Part shown: positions 38,518-50,430 of the stretch, piece by piece
Numbering within the stretch: the stretch's first letter is position 1
How the letters are laid out: each line of letters opens with the position of its first letter
NCBI GenBank assembly: GCA_951406725.2
Contig: OX597818.1
Span: forward strand, 75,950,001 to 76,014,000
Source of the DNA: Octopus vulgaris
Taxonomy: Eukaryota
Reading direction: 5' to 3'
Length of the DNA: 64,000 nucleotides
The notes under the pieces: generated by a model
Databases searched by the model: none
What the model was told of the DNA's origin: nothing
Seen by the model: the letters and a program-made list of their open reading frames with translations, nothing else
Translations under genes and position numbers: made by a program

Positions 38518-39617
38518 TAATGCTCAGAGGCAATTAACACTGAAAATGTGCACAAAACAGCTTCCGCCACATGCCAGGAGAAAAAACTAGAAGTAGTTGA
38601 TAGCTTCTATTACCTAGGTGACCAAGTCAGTAGCGGGGGTGGATGCTCTGAGAGTGTAGCTGCTAGAATAAGAATAGCCTGGGCAAAGTACAGAGAGCTC
38701 CTACCTCTGCTGGTGACAGAGGGCCTCTCGCTCAAAGGAAAAGGTAGACTGTATGATGCATGTGTGCAAACAGCCATGCTACATAACAGTGAAACATGGG
38801 CTGTGACTGCTGAGGACATGTGTAAGCTTACAAGAAATGAAACTAGTATGCTCTGCTGGATGAGTAATGTCAGTGTGCATACATGACAGAGTGTAAGCAC
38901 CCTGAGAGAAAAGTCGGACTTAAGAAGCATCAGATGTAGTGTGCAAGAGAGACGAATGGATGAGGACAGCTTTGTGAAAAAGTGTCACACCCTAGCAGTA
39001 GAGGGAACTTGTGGAAGAGGTAGACCCAGGAAGACCTAGGATGAGGTGGTGAAGCACGACCTTTGAATGTTGGGCCTCATGGAAGCAATGACGAGTGACC
39101 GAGACCTTTGGAGATATGCTGTGCTTAAGAAGAGCCAAATGAGACTGTAACCGTGGCTTATGCTAGTGCAGTATAACCAGCCCATTTAAGAATACCCTTC
39201 AATCATTGGGCAATAAACTGTGCTTGCAAAGACCTGTTGAGTCAAGTGAAATCATTGCTATGGTCATGCCAGTACCGCCTGACTGGCACCCATGCTGGTG
39301 GCACGTAAAAAGTACCATTCAAGCGTGGTTGTTGCCAGTGCCGCTTGACTGGCCCCCATGCTGGTGGCACATAAAAAGTGCCATTCAAGTGTAGTCGATG
39401 TCAGTACTACCTGACTGGCTCTCATGCCGGTGGCACATAAAAAGCACCCACTATACTCTTGGAGTGTTTGGTGTTAGGAAGGGCATCCAGCTGTAGAAAC
39501 CTTGCCAGATCAGATTGGAGCCCAGTACAGCCTTTCTGGCTTGCCAGTCCTCAGTCAAACTGTCCAACTCATGCCAGCATGAAAAGCAGATGTTAAATGA
39601 GGATGATGATGATGATG
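38518..39617 (+). mobile_element. RTE LINE 3' fragment with 3' UTR and (GAT)n tail
   Basis: Same family as 44856-47565 (LEVVDSFYYLGDQVSSGGGCSESV...). Confidence 0.9.
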
Positions 39618-41354
39618 ATACATACATGCATACATACATACATACATACATACATACATACATACATACATACATACATACATACATACATACATACATA
39701 CATACATACATGTATATTGAATAAGTACTACACAGAAAGCAATTGTACATATAAATAGATAGAACAGGGAAGTTGGTTTTTATTGATTTAATTTGGAGAG
39801 GCTACCAGGACTAAATATTGATTAAATGGTTCCTACTGGTAGTGTGACATAATTAGATTTTGTGTGGGAGATAGTCATATAATAGATAGGTTCATTTTAA
39901 GGGTTAAAACAAATATTAAAGGGAAGACTATATGAAGCTTACATGAAATGCCTGATAGTGTATGGCAGAGAGATATGGGTTATGAATGTAGAAGATGTAC
40001 AGCAGAAAGAAAGGAATGACTCCTATACTGTCCATTGTTAATTTACACAAAAGATTAAATACTACTGATTTGAAATGATTAATAAGATGTAATTAATGGA
40101 TATTGATGACTACAAGAATGAGAAAATACATCTAGGGATGTCTGGTTTAACACTGCTATCAGGTATCCTGTGAGCCTTTAACAAGCCTGTCTGTTATATT
40201 TAGGTTAGGCTTCCACTTTGCACGTAACTTCTGCTTTCCCTTCCAAGAGTATTGGAGGTCCCAGAAATGGTCATGGGCACTACCTACTCCCTGGTTAAAA
40301 GATAGAAATTATATATTGGATGTTGATAGGGGAAACATTTGGGTTGTAGGGAAATGTCTATGGGTAGCAGTTAATATTGTGTAATAAAAAGGCGGTTAGC
40401 TGGCAGAATCATTAGCACACTGGGCAAAATGCTTAGCAACATTTCATCTGTCTTCATATTTTGAGTTCAAATTCTGCTGAGGTCAACTTTGCCTTTCATC
40501 CTTTCGGAGACATTGAACACTGGGGTCAATGTAATCAACTTAACCCTTCCCCTGAAATTGCTAGCCTTCTGCAAAAATTTGAAAATGATATTGGGTTATA
40601 AGGTTGACATTTGTGGTATAGTGTAAATATTCGAGATACAGAGTGAGCATTTGGGTTTAAAAGGGTACTTTGAGTTTGAGGGAGAACATCTGAGCTATCT
40701 GGAGGACATTTGGGCTATGGGATCAATATTTAAACAAAAATGGCTAATATCTAAGTTATAGGGTTAACATATGAATTATAGGTCAACATTTAGGATATAA
40801 AATTGAGAAATATAAAGAAGATACCACATTACAGATCTATATTACTGCATGGAAAAAAAAAAACTAAACTGGCATTTTAATGAAGATGAAGTTGTTTTGT
40901 TGTTGTTGATGATGATGAGGATGAGCAGGGTGAGGAGTGGAGGTTGATGTAATTAGGTGTCAAAATCTCGCTCACCCTTGGAAAATGTTCTCCACACTAA
41001 GTTGTCTCTCTACATGAAGACATCATTGTCAACACAGTATGCTGTTGTGTAATTATTAATAGACAAGGCTATCTTTAGAAATCACCTCTCACAAGGCAAT
41101 GTTGGGGATGAGTCACCTATGTGGTTCCTTGATTTGCCAGGACTAGTAGCTAAATCTCTCTAAATACAATGTTTTATCATCTTAAAAAAGGGACTTGCTG
41201 GTTTATGTGGTCCTGGGTCTCTGTGCATAAGAAAATAACAAGATGGTCATGGCTGGAATGCTTTTGATCATAGGCCAACTAGATCACAGTTGACCTGTGG
41301 AGGGTGTGTGTGTGTGTCAAATGATATCATCATCATCAACAACATTCTACACAA

Positions 41355-41409
41355 CTACTACTACCACAGCACCACCATCACTGCCACCACCACCACCACC
41401 ACCACCACC

Positions 41410-41449
<40 letters not shown>

Positions 41450-41487
41450 CTGCTGCTGCTGCTACCACCACCACCGCCACCACCACC

Positions 41488-41547
<60 letters not shown>
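41355..41547. repeat. Compound trinucleotide microsatellite (CAC/CAA/CTG/CTA)n
   Basis: Directly visible; explains the poly-T/P/Q/V ORFs here. Confidence 0.9.
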
Positions 41548-41549
<2 letters not shown>

Positions 41550-41943
41550 CTCACTGGTTAGTTTACATTTTTGATTAGAAGTACAGTACTCAAGTGGGTT
41601 AGAACTCAAATGAAGTTGTCATCAGTGTTATGCCACAGAACCACAGAACCACCATAAAACTGTTCTGCATTGATTAGATATCAATATTTATTGACAACTA
41701 TAACAACAACAATGGCAATAACGGTCATAGAATCAGTATATGTTCCACCCCCATCATCTCTGTCACATGTATCAGCCACAAGAACTGCATCAGCAGCAGC
41801 ACTGTATGCCCCACCTGGTACATATATTGACAACAACAGCAACGACCACAAGAGCAGGTACAACAACAATAGCAGCAGCAGCAGCAACAACAGCAGCAGT
41901 AGGTACAACAGAAGCAGCAACAGTAATTATTTGTCATTCTCAT

Positions 41944-41949
41944 TATAAA
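41944..41949 (+). promoter_or_regulatory. Candidate TATA box of the lectin/PAN-like gene
   Basis: TATAAA about 85 nt upstream of the ATG at 42029. Confidence 0.35.
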
Positions 41950-42028
41950 CACCCAATCTTCATACTTCACCGCCAGAGAAACACCACCACCATCAAAACT
42001 ACCACCACCACCACTACCAAGTCCAGAT

Positions 42029-42083
42029 ATGATGAAACTTTGTGCTGTTATGATGTTCATCACTTTCCTGCTCCACCAGGAAG
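42029..42083 (+). CDS. Secreted CTLD-like/PAN-like protein, exon 1 (signal peptide)
   Basis: MMKLCAVMMFITFLLHQE-G, then consensus donor AAG|GTAAGT, phase 1. Confidence 0.7.
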
Positions 42084-42389
42084 GTAAGTCATTAACTAGC
42101 TGTCATCTTGATTACATCTACTCACACCCACAATCACATGCACACACAAACACAAATATACACACATAGTTATATTTAGAAGGTATCCAACAATTGTAGA
42201 AATATTTCAAAACCGTGATATATGCACATATGTATATATCATCATCAGCATCATCATCATCATCATCATAAACATCATCATCATCATCACCATCATCATT
42301 GTCATTGTTTTCACTTTTGCCTTTCGATGCTCAGACAGAATTTTGTCAATGAGGCAACGAAACAATAACACACACACACACATACATTC

Positions 42390-42440
<51 letters not shown>

Positions 42441-42446
42441 GATAGG

Positions 42447-42522
<76 letters not shown>
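42390..42522. repeat. (TCTA)n-(TAGA)n head-to-head microsatellite
   Basis: Tetranucleotide repeat flips orientation around ATCGAT near 42440. Confidence 0.85.
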
Positions 42523-42523
<1 letters not shown>

Positions 42524-43218
42524 GACAAGCTTCTTTCAGTTTCTGTCTACCAAACTGACTTACAAGGTTTGTTGAGCCTAAGGCTATAACAGAAGACATC
42601 TGCCCAAAGGGCCACATAGTGGAATTGTACCCAGAACCATGTGGTTGGAAGGCAAACCTCTAACCACACAGCCACACCTGTATTTATACATACACACACA
42701 CACATATGTATGTATCATCATCATCATCATTATCATTTAATGTCCGCTTTCCATGCTGGTATGGGTTGGATAGTTTGACTGAAAACTGGTAAGCCAGGGA
42801 GCTGCACCAGGTTCCGATATGATTTGGCAAGGTCTCTATGGCTGGATGCTCTTCCTAGCATCAACCACTCCAAGAGTTTAGTGGGTGTTTTTTATGTGCC
42901 ATTAACCTGACACTGGCATTGGCCATGACTATGATCTCACTTGGTTTGACAGGTCTACACAAGCATGGTGTATATATATTCTTTTATTCTTATTCTTTTA
43001 TTCTTTTCACTCATTTGACTGTAGCCATGCTGGAGCACCACCTTTAGTTGAACAAATAAACTCTCAGGACGTATTCTTTGTAAGCCTAGTACTTATGGTA
43101 TTGGTCCCTTTTGCCGAACCACTAAGTTACAGGGGTGTAAACACACCAACATCGGTTGTCAAGTAATAGTGGGAGACAAACACAGAAACACACACATACA
43201 TATATATATACATATACA

Positions 43219-43441
43219 TAAAAAAGATAAATTAAATATAGAGATATTCTACTGACATTCAATAATTTATTTATATTACTATTTGTTGGCCCTTTTATGG
43301 TTTTTATAATTATTTATATAATATTATGTTAAGCTATATATTATATATAATATATCATATTCATACTATTCAATGAAATATTGGAATATAAATAAATTAT
43401 TGAATGTCAATAGAATATCTATATTTAATTTATCTTTTTTA
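43219..43441. repeat. AT-rich inverted repeat (~58-bp arms)
   Basis: TAAAAAAGATAAATTAAATATAG...CATTCAATAATTTATTTATATT mirrored at ~43385-43441. Confidence 0.8.
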
Positions 43442-43529
43442 TTGAATTATACCAATATTTATATGGTATCCAACTGGAGTACCAGTGAATTGGATGTTTA
43501 AGACCCCTTTGAAGGATCTATATCTATCC

Positions 43530-43603
<74 letters not shown>

Positions 43604-43812
43604 TAATAATATTAGGGAGTATAACTCCAAACTTACAGGGAAAAATTCAATTTAGTATTAAATCAAATTTCTCAATATAAATATATAATATATAATATAC
43701 ATAAATTAGAGAAAAACCACTATAAACCATATCATAAAGAAAAAATAAAATATATTATAAAACATATAACTAGATCACAAAATGTACAAAAAATGAATAA
43801 ACAATATATAGT

Positions 43813-44099
43813 AAACAATTGCAGCGTGGAAGGTGTTTATAAGCCATTTAAGAAACACACAAAAGCCGTTCGATTCACTTCAACATTTAAGTTTAATTTG
43901 TCAAAATATTTTGTCGCTAAAATCCGTGACCTGTTCACTGACAAAGTCCGTGATGCAGCACGGACTTTGTCAGTGAACAGGTCGCGGATTTTAGCGACGA
44001 AAATATTTTGACAAATTAAACTTAAATGTTGAAGTGAATCGAACGGCTTTTGTGTGTTTCTTAAATGGCTTATAAAAACCTTCCACGCTGCAATTGTTT
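43813..44099. repeat. Near-perfect palindrome (140-bp arms, 6-nt loop)
   Basis: 43813-43952 versus 43959-44099; loop ATGCAG; one indel and two substitutions seen. Confidence 0.95.
43966..44015 (+). ncRNA. Hammerhead-like motif with G3-C8 covariant core
   Basis: TTTGTCA-GTGAACA-G-GTCGC-GGATTTTA-GCGAC-GAAA-ATAT-TT^TGACAAA: 7-bp stem I, 5-bp stem II, palindromic minimal stem III. Confidence 0.55.
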
Positions 44100-44172
44100 T
44101 CGTTTCAGCACACGATCTCAGATCAAATTACTTGCTATGCGAGTACATTTCCGTAATATATAGTAAGTAAAA

Positions 44173-44275
44173 AGACTATGTATGTTTTGTGGTTATAACT
44201 TCAATTTGAATTACAATTAAATTTGAATTTAATTGAAAAACAATTCAATTTAAAAGTAAAGTCACTCCTCAGGTC
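44173..44275 (-). ncRNA. Decayed hammerhead motif (paralog of 11055-11169)
   Basis: Minus strand GAC-CTGAGGA-GTGAC...AACCAC-AAAA-CATACA-TA-GTC; G12 is mutated. Confidence 0.5.
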
Positions 44276-44312
44276 AACAATAATAACAATAATAATGAAA
44301 TAAATAATCAAA

Positions 44313-44634
44313 TAGAATTAAACAATATTTCTTAAAGAAATAAAAACATGATTCTTCTTATAGAAGAAACTCCATTAACTAAATTTGAAACTTAAAAAGT
44401 AGGACCGGTTGTCTATAATACATTTATCATGTTAAAAACTTAAGGTAAAAAAATAGAGTAAATAGATAGAAAAATGTATTTTATCTGTGAAGATATATTT
44501 TAGCATTGAGAATAATATTAACAAACTATAGTATATCTTTACTGGAAAAATATAAGTTTCAAATTTAGTTAATGGAGTTTCTTCTATAAGAAGAATCATG
44601 TTTTTATTTCTTTAAGAAATATTGTTTAATTCTA
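44313..44634. repeat. Inverted repeat with 82-bp arms
   Basis: 44313-44394 is the reverse complement of 44553-44634 with no mismatch seen; 158-nt spacer. Confidence 0.9.
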
Positions 44635-44781
44635 CAAACTGAAAAGGGAGCTTGACAGAATTAACTAAATTAGCGTCGAATAATGGTTTCATATTATTTT
44701 ATAATTAAGATCTAAATTGTTGATATATGAATGCAAAAGAGATAGTTGAATAACTGTAAACCTATTTTTGGGCCATATATA

Positions 44782-44836
<55 letters not shown>

Positions 44837-44855
44837 ACATATATACTTGAAGCCT

Positions 44856-47565
44856 ATGGACATATTACTTGAAGCCTTTGACGAAGTAGAAGGGGATATA
44901 GCTTCACTTGGGGTAGAAGACAACTGGAGGATTCTAAGGGACAACCTGCTGAGAGCCACTCACCAGATCTGTGGCTGGTGCAAAGTCCCCTCTCGACCTA
45001 AAATAACGTGGTGGTGGAACAATGTTGTAGACAGGGCTATTAGAGAAAAAAGACAGGCTTGGAAGGACTGGAAGAATGGGGATAGCAGGGAATTGTATCA
45101 GACTGCCAAAAGAGAAGCTAGGAGACAGGTTTATTTAGCCAGAGGGGAAGCAGATAAGAAAAAATTTGCCAATGTTCTGTGCCGTGAGGACCAAAGACTT
45201 GAGGTATTTCGTGTTGCAAGACAGTGTGTGAGAGAGAATCATGATGTGGTAGGAGAGAAATGTGTTCGCATGGATGATGGTTCACTTGTTCTAAATGAGG
45301 ATACAAAGAGAGAGGTTTGGAGATGCCACTATGAAAGGTTGCTGAATAAAGAAAATGAATGGGATAAAGAGAGTCTGCCGAATGTCGACCCAACAGAGGG
45401 ACCAGCTATCCGAGTTGACAGTTCCTTGGTAGTTAAGGCAATTAGAAACATGAAGACAGGCCCATCAGGAATTACTGCAGAGATGCTAAAAATATCTGGT
45501 AGTGTCGGCTATAGCCTAGTCACCCGTATAGTTAACCAGGTGATACACGAAGGAGTCATACCCAATGACTGGTGTAGCAGCATAATAGTCAACTGCTACA
45601 AAGGTAAAGGTGATGCCCTAGATACAAATAATTACAGAGGTATCAAGCTGTTGGATCAGGTAATGAAGGTTACGGAGAGGGTCATAGCCCAACTAATTAG
45701 AGAGAGAGTTAGTTTAGATGAGATGCAGTTTGGGTTCGTGCCAGGGAAAAGTACTACTGATGTTATATTCCTGGTAAGACAGCTGCAGGAGAAATATCTA
45801 GCCAAAGATAAGCCCCTATACCTGGCTTTCGTTGACATGGAGAAAGCCTTCAACAGGGTCCCCCGATCCCTTATCTGGTGGTCAATGAGGAAACTAGGGA
45901 TAGATGAATGGTTAGTGAGAGCTGAGCAAGCCATGTACAGGGATGCTGCTAGTGAGGTGAGGGTTGGCAATGATTACAGTGAAGAATTCTGGGTAGAGGT
46001 TGGGGTCCACCAAGGTTCAGTGCTCAGCCCCTTCCTATTTATCATAGTCCTCCAGGCAATAACAGAGGAATTCAAGACAGGATGCCCCTGGGAGCTCCAC
46101 TACGCTGATGACCTTGCTCTAATTGCTGAGTCACTATCAGAACTGGAGGAGAAGTTTCAGGTGTGGAAGCAAGGATTAGAATCGAAGGGCCTTAGAGTCA
46201 ACCTAGCTAAAACCAAAGTCCTAATAAGTAGGAAGGTAGACAAGTCACAAACGCCTTCAGGTAGATGGCCTTGCTCGATCTGTAGAAAAGGCGTAGGTAG
46301 AAACTCTATAAGATGCACCAAGTGTAAGCTATGGACACATAAGAGGTGCATCAACGTCAAGGGAAGGCTAACTAGGAAGATAGTTTTTGTATGTGGCAGA
46401 TGCTCAGGAGCAATAAACACTGAAAATGCGCAGAGACCAACTTCCGCCACATTCCAGGGAGAAAAACTAGAAATAGTTGATAGCTTCCGTTACCTAGGTG
46501 ACCAAGTCAATAGCAGGGGCGGGTGTGTTGAAAGTGTAACTGCTAGAGTAAGAATAGCCTGGGCAAAGTTCAGAGAGCTCGTTCCTCTGCTAGGGACAAA
46601 AGGCCTCTCGCTCAAAGTAAAAGGCAGACTGTATGACACATGTATACAAACAGTCATGCTACATGGCAGGGAAACATGGGCCGTGACTGCTGAGGATATG
46701 TGTAAGCTTGCAAGAAATGAAGCCAGTATGCTCCGATGGATGTGTAATGTCAGTGTTCATACTCGACAGAGTGTAAGTACCTTGAGAGAAGTTGGACCTA
46801 AGAAGCATCAGTTGTAGTGCGCAAGAGAGACGTTTGCGCTGGTATGGTCATGTGGCGAGAATGGATGAAGATAGTTGTGTGAAAAAGTGCCACACCCTAG
46901 CGGTTGAGGGAACCTGTGGAAGAGGTAGACCCAGGAAAACCTGGGATGAAGTGGTGAAGCACGACCTTCGAACTTTAGGTTTCACCGAGGAAATGACTAG
47001 AGACCGAGACCTTTGGAAGTATGCTGTGCGTGAGAAGACCTGGCAGGACAAGTGAGACCATAACCCATGGCCTCAGTCCACTTATGCATACCTTTCCTTC
47101 TTGGGACACAAATCTCTACTTGTAAAGACCTGTTGAGGCAAGTGAAAATCAAAATCAAAATCGATCAACATCAATGGAAATTGTAGCTGTGATACCAGTG
47201 CCGGTGGCACATAAGAGAACCATCTGAACACGGCTGTTGCCAGCACCGTTCCGACTGGCTTCCATGCTGGTGGCACGTAAAAAGCACCATCCGATCATGG
47301 CCGTTGCCAGCCTCGCCTGGCCTCTGTGCCAGTGACACGTAAAAAGCACCATCCGATCGTGGCCGTTTGCCAGCCTCATCTGGCACGTAAAAAGCACCCA
47401 CTACACTCATGGAGTGGTTGGCGTTAGGGAGGGCATCCAGCTGTAGAAACATTGCCAGATCAGACTGGGCCTGGTGCAGCCTTCTGGCTTCCCAGACCCG
47501 ACCCAGGTTGAACTGTCTAACCCATGCCAGCATGGAAAGCGGATGCTAAATGATGATGATGATGA
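44856..47565 (+). mobile_element. Young RTE-clade LINE, 5'-truncated (tether, RT, PHD-like finger, 3' UTR)
   Basis: Long open frame with QFGFVPG, FVDMEKAFN, GVHQGSVLSP, HYADD, FRYLG; one frameshift near 46790; (GAT)n tail; inserted in (TA)n. Confidence 0.95.
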
Positions 47566-47650
47566 TATATATATATATATACATATTGGTAAAACGGTAA
47601 GATAACAAAAGAAAGAAAGAGACCTCAATATTATGTAAATAGAGGAAATT

Positions 47651-48439
47651 TATCTATACAATAATATGTTACATTACTCGATAGTCAAGATAAAACTCTG
47701 AGTTTCAGATGCCGAAGTGGAAATCCACAACACCATCTTCGGTTATCTGGCTATTTGAAAACGCTATGAAAAAATACCGTTATATAAAGGGAAATTACTG
47801 TGTTATAACTCTGCTTGCCTGCGTACTTATACATCGCTCGCATTTTTCGTCATAAAAATTATATAACAATACATAAAAAATATATAAAAAATATATAAAA
47901 ATATATAATATCTTCTTGGGACATAACATAGAAAGCATGTTCTATCTGTTTTCTTTAGGGGACCAAAAATGTAACAGAAATTTAGTCACATGTGGGCATG
48001 ATCCGAAAAGTTCTGTCCTTGTGTTTAGACATGTAGTAGGGTCTAAGCTGCTTTTCCAGATAAGCCATCTCTCCATGTCACATAGACCGCACCTTCCGCT
48101 GCCGTTTGTATAGGGCTTACATCTGGCCAAAATCTTCCAATGTATGTTATAATTGACACCTTTATCTCTTAAAGACCAAATATGATTAGATAATTGTGTC
48201 GCTTTTCTTTTGTTCCAGTGCCTAAAGCTCAAAGTGTGGTTATTGAACCTGGCCTTGAAGTTACCCTCTGTAAGGCCCACGTATTTCTTCGTCGAAACGG
48301 TGTCTTTAGTGGTTATAGAGTTTACGGTAGCTTCATATATGATAGTCTTGGAGATGGTGTTGTGGATTTCCACTTAGGCAGCTGAAACTCAGAGTTTTAT
48401 CTTGATTATCGAGTATTGTAACATATTATTGTATAGATA
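47651..48439 (-). mobile_element. 5'-truncated Penelope-like element: GIY-YIG endonuclease with inverted pLTR segment
   Basis: KTIIYEATV...KKYVGLTEGNFKARFNNHTLSF...LSNHIWSL...RCGLCDMER...LNTRTELFGSCPH. 47651-47738 is inverted at 48352-48439. Confidence 0.9.
47688..47748 (-). ncRNA. Atypical hammerhead motif in the Penelope pLTR
   Basis: Minus strand AGATAA-CCGAAGA-TGGTGTTG...CGGCATCT-GAAA-CTCAGAG-TT^TTATCT: 6-bp stem I, U4C core change, U-U at the base of stem II, GUU triplet. Confidence 0.55.
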
Positions 48440-48461
48440 TATATATATATCTATCTATCTA

Positions 48462-48513
<52 letters not shown>

Positions 48514-48537
48514 TATATATATACATACATATACATG

Positions 48538-48593
<56 letters not shown>

Positions 48594-49397
48594 TATGTAT
48601 ACATGCATGTTCATATATTCATGCCAGGAAGAGCATCCTGTTGTAGAAACCAACCTAAAACTGAATGTTCTAGTTCTTGAAATTAATTTTTATAATTCTT
48701 CCTTTTCTTGATGTACTTCAAACAGCACTAAAGGAAACAAAATCTTCAAAACAATTTGGTTCTTGCTGCTGCTAAGATTCCTTTAAAATAAGAGATTTAT
48801 GGCTTCCACATTGGTCAACCTACATCAAGGTTCTCTCTTTCATTTTTAAAAAATTTAAATAAGTTTATCAGTGGATCAAAGTATGAATACATTTGATGTC
48901 TGAGAATCATTTTTGAGAGGCAAGAGAAATATATTTGAAGGGCATCCATTGGTAGAAACTATGCTAAAACCAAGATATCGGAGCAAGAAGTTGTTCGTCT
49001 GCTCCATTGGATCCTATCTCACTATCCAGCCCATGCCAGCATGGAAACAGATATAATATGATGATAGTGATGATGTTTAATTCAGACAAATTATCAGGAT
49101 TGTCATCGCTATTGATCTCCTTATTGTTGTTGTCATCATCATCATTATTGTCATCATCGTTATCATTGTTGTTGTCATTGTTGTCATCATCATCATCATC
49201 ATCATTATCACCATCATGTCACCATCATCATCATCATGTCACCATCATCATCACTATTGTTGTGGTTACCCTCTTCCTCCTCTTTATCATTGTCATCTTC
49301 ATTATCATCGTCATCATCTACTATAATATATTGGAAGACTGATTCCTTCTTTCTCTTCATCTTACTTCTCTTTATTTTTTTTCTGCTGTATTTTCAG

Positions 49398-49498
49398 GAA
49401 TGGCAGAAATAAAACCCATTTCAGTCTCTAGAAATGATTCTCAGGGGGTGATCTACTGGCACTTCCAAAATTTGGTAACCTCAAATTCTGCAAAACAG
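49398..49498 (+). CDS. Secreted CTLD-like/PAN-like protein, exon 2
   Basis: Long polypyrimidine tract plus TTTTCAG|; (G)MAEIKPISVSRNDSQGVIYWHFQNLVTSNSAKQ; donor CAG|GTACGA; phases 1/0. Confidence 0.7.
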
Positions 49499-50045
49499 GT
49501 ACGAAGATATCTTGGCATCTATGTCATAACAACATAAATATGATGAACTCCAACATTTAGTTCTATCTACATTGATTTAATCTTTGAAATGGCCTTCAAG
49601 ACAAATATGTCTGAGATATCGTGTATATTTGGAATTGTGTCACTTATGAAGAATATTGGTTAGCAGCAGTTATGACATACTAAAATATATAAACAGACAA
49701 GCAGTAATTAGTAACTCCATGACATCAGTTTAAATACAGTGTGTGGCAGAAAAAGCTCCCATATTTTACAGTAAAGTTATATAGGTGTTATATCACACGT
49801 TCCAGTGACCTCTACTCAACTCCCCCTATATCTACTTCATCGTCTGGGGGCGTCCACACAACAATAGGTAATAATAGTGTCTTCATATAGCTAATGTTTT
49901 ATAGTTTTTATTCAGTTACCATAATGGTTTAACCCTTTACAATTCTGTTTATTCCTGTGTCAAATGTAATGCTTATTGATTTACAATATTTTGAATTGAA
50001 GCAGTATTGTGTAGCTTTGCTTTTGAGCAAGTATGATGGGCAAGT

Positions 50046-50117
50046 GGTTCTATGGTGTAATGGTTATCACTCTGGACTTTGAATACAATGATCTGAGTTC
50101 AAGTTTTGGTAGAACTT
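50046..50117 (+). pseudogene. tRNA-Gln(TTG) pseudogene
   Basis: GGTTCTATGGTGTAATGGTTATCACTCTGGACTTTGAATACAATGATCTGAGTTCAAGTTTTGGTAGAACT is colinear with metazoan tRNA-Gln but has stem-breaking substitutions; T-run follows. Confidence 0.8.
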
Positions 50118-50129
50118 ATTTTATTTTGT

Positions 50130-50430
50130 GTAGGCACATGGTTTAGTGGCTAGAGTGTCAGGATCACAGTCATGAAGAAGTGAGTTCAATTCCTGGACCG
50201 GACAGTGTGTTGTGTTCTTGAGCAAGACACCTTATATCACATTGCTCCAGTTCACCCAGCTGTAGAAATGGGTTGTGATGTCACTGGTACCAAGCTGTAT
50301 CAGCCTTTGCTTTTCCATGGATAACATCAGTGGCGTCCAATCCCGGTGGCATCCAATCCCAGTGGCATCCAATCCCAGAGGCATCCAATCCCAGTGGCAT
50401 CCAATCATTCATGACCAATGGAGGTCTTTT
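50130..50430 (+). mobile_element. tRNA-derived SINE with internal 16-bp tandem repeat
   Basis: A box TGGTTTAGTGG, B box GAGTTCAATTCC, CTTGAGCAAGACAC; (RGTGGCATCCAATCCC)x~5 at 50329-50406. Confidence 0.7.

Noticed and set aside
41290-42087. Poly-Thr/Gln/Pro mucin-like ORFs
   Set aside because: Compound trinucleotide microsatellites open in several frames; only the signal-peptide exon at 42029-42083 has splice support.
44781-44855. N-terminus of the 678-aa ORF as a real start
   Set aside because: It comes from the (TA)n target site; the RTE is 5'-truncated and lacks its endonuclease.
47195-47400. Repeat-spacer pattern resembling a CRISPR array (also 50329-50406)
   Set aside because: Eukaryotic context, spacers related to each other or absent, no cas genes; these are LINE-UTR and SINE tandem repeats.
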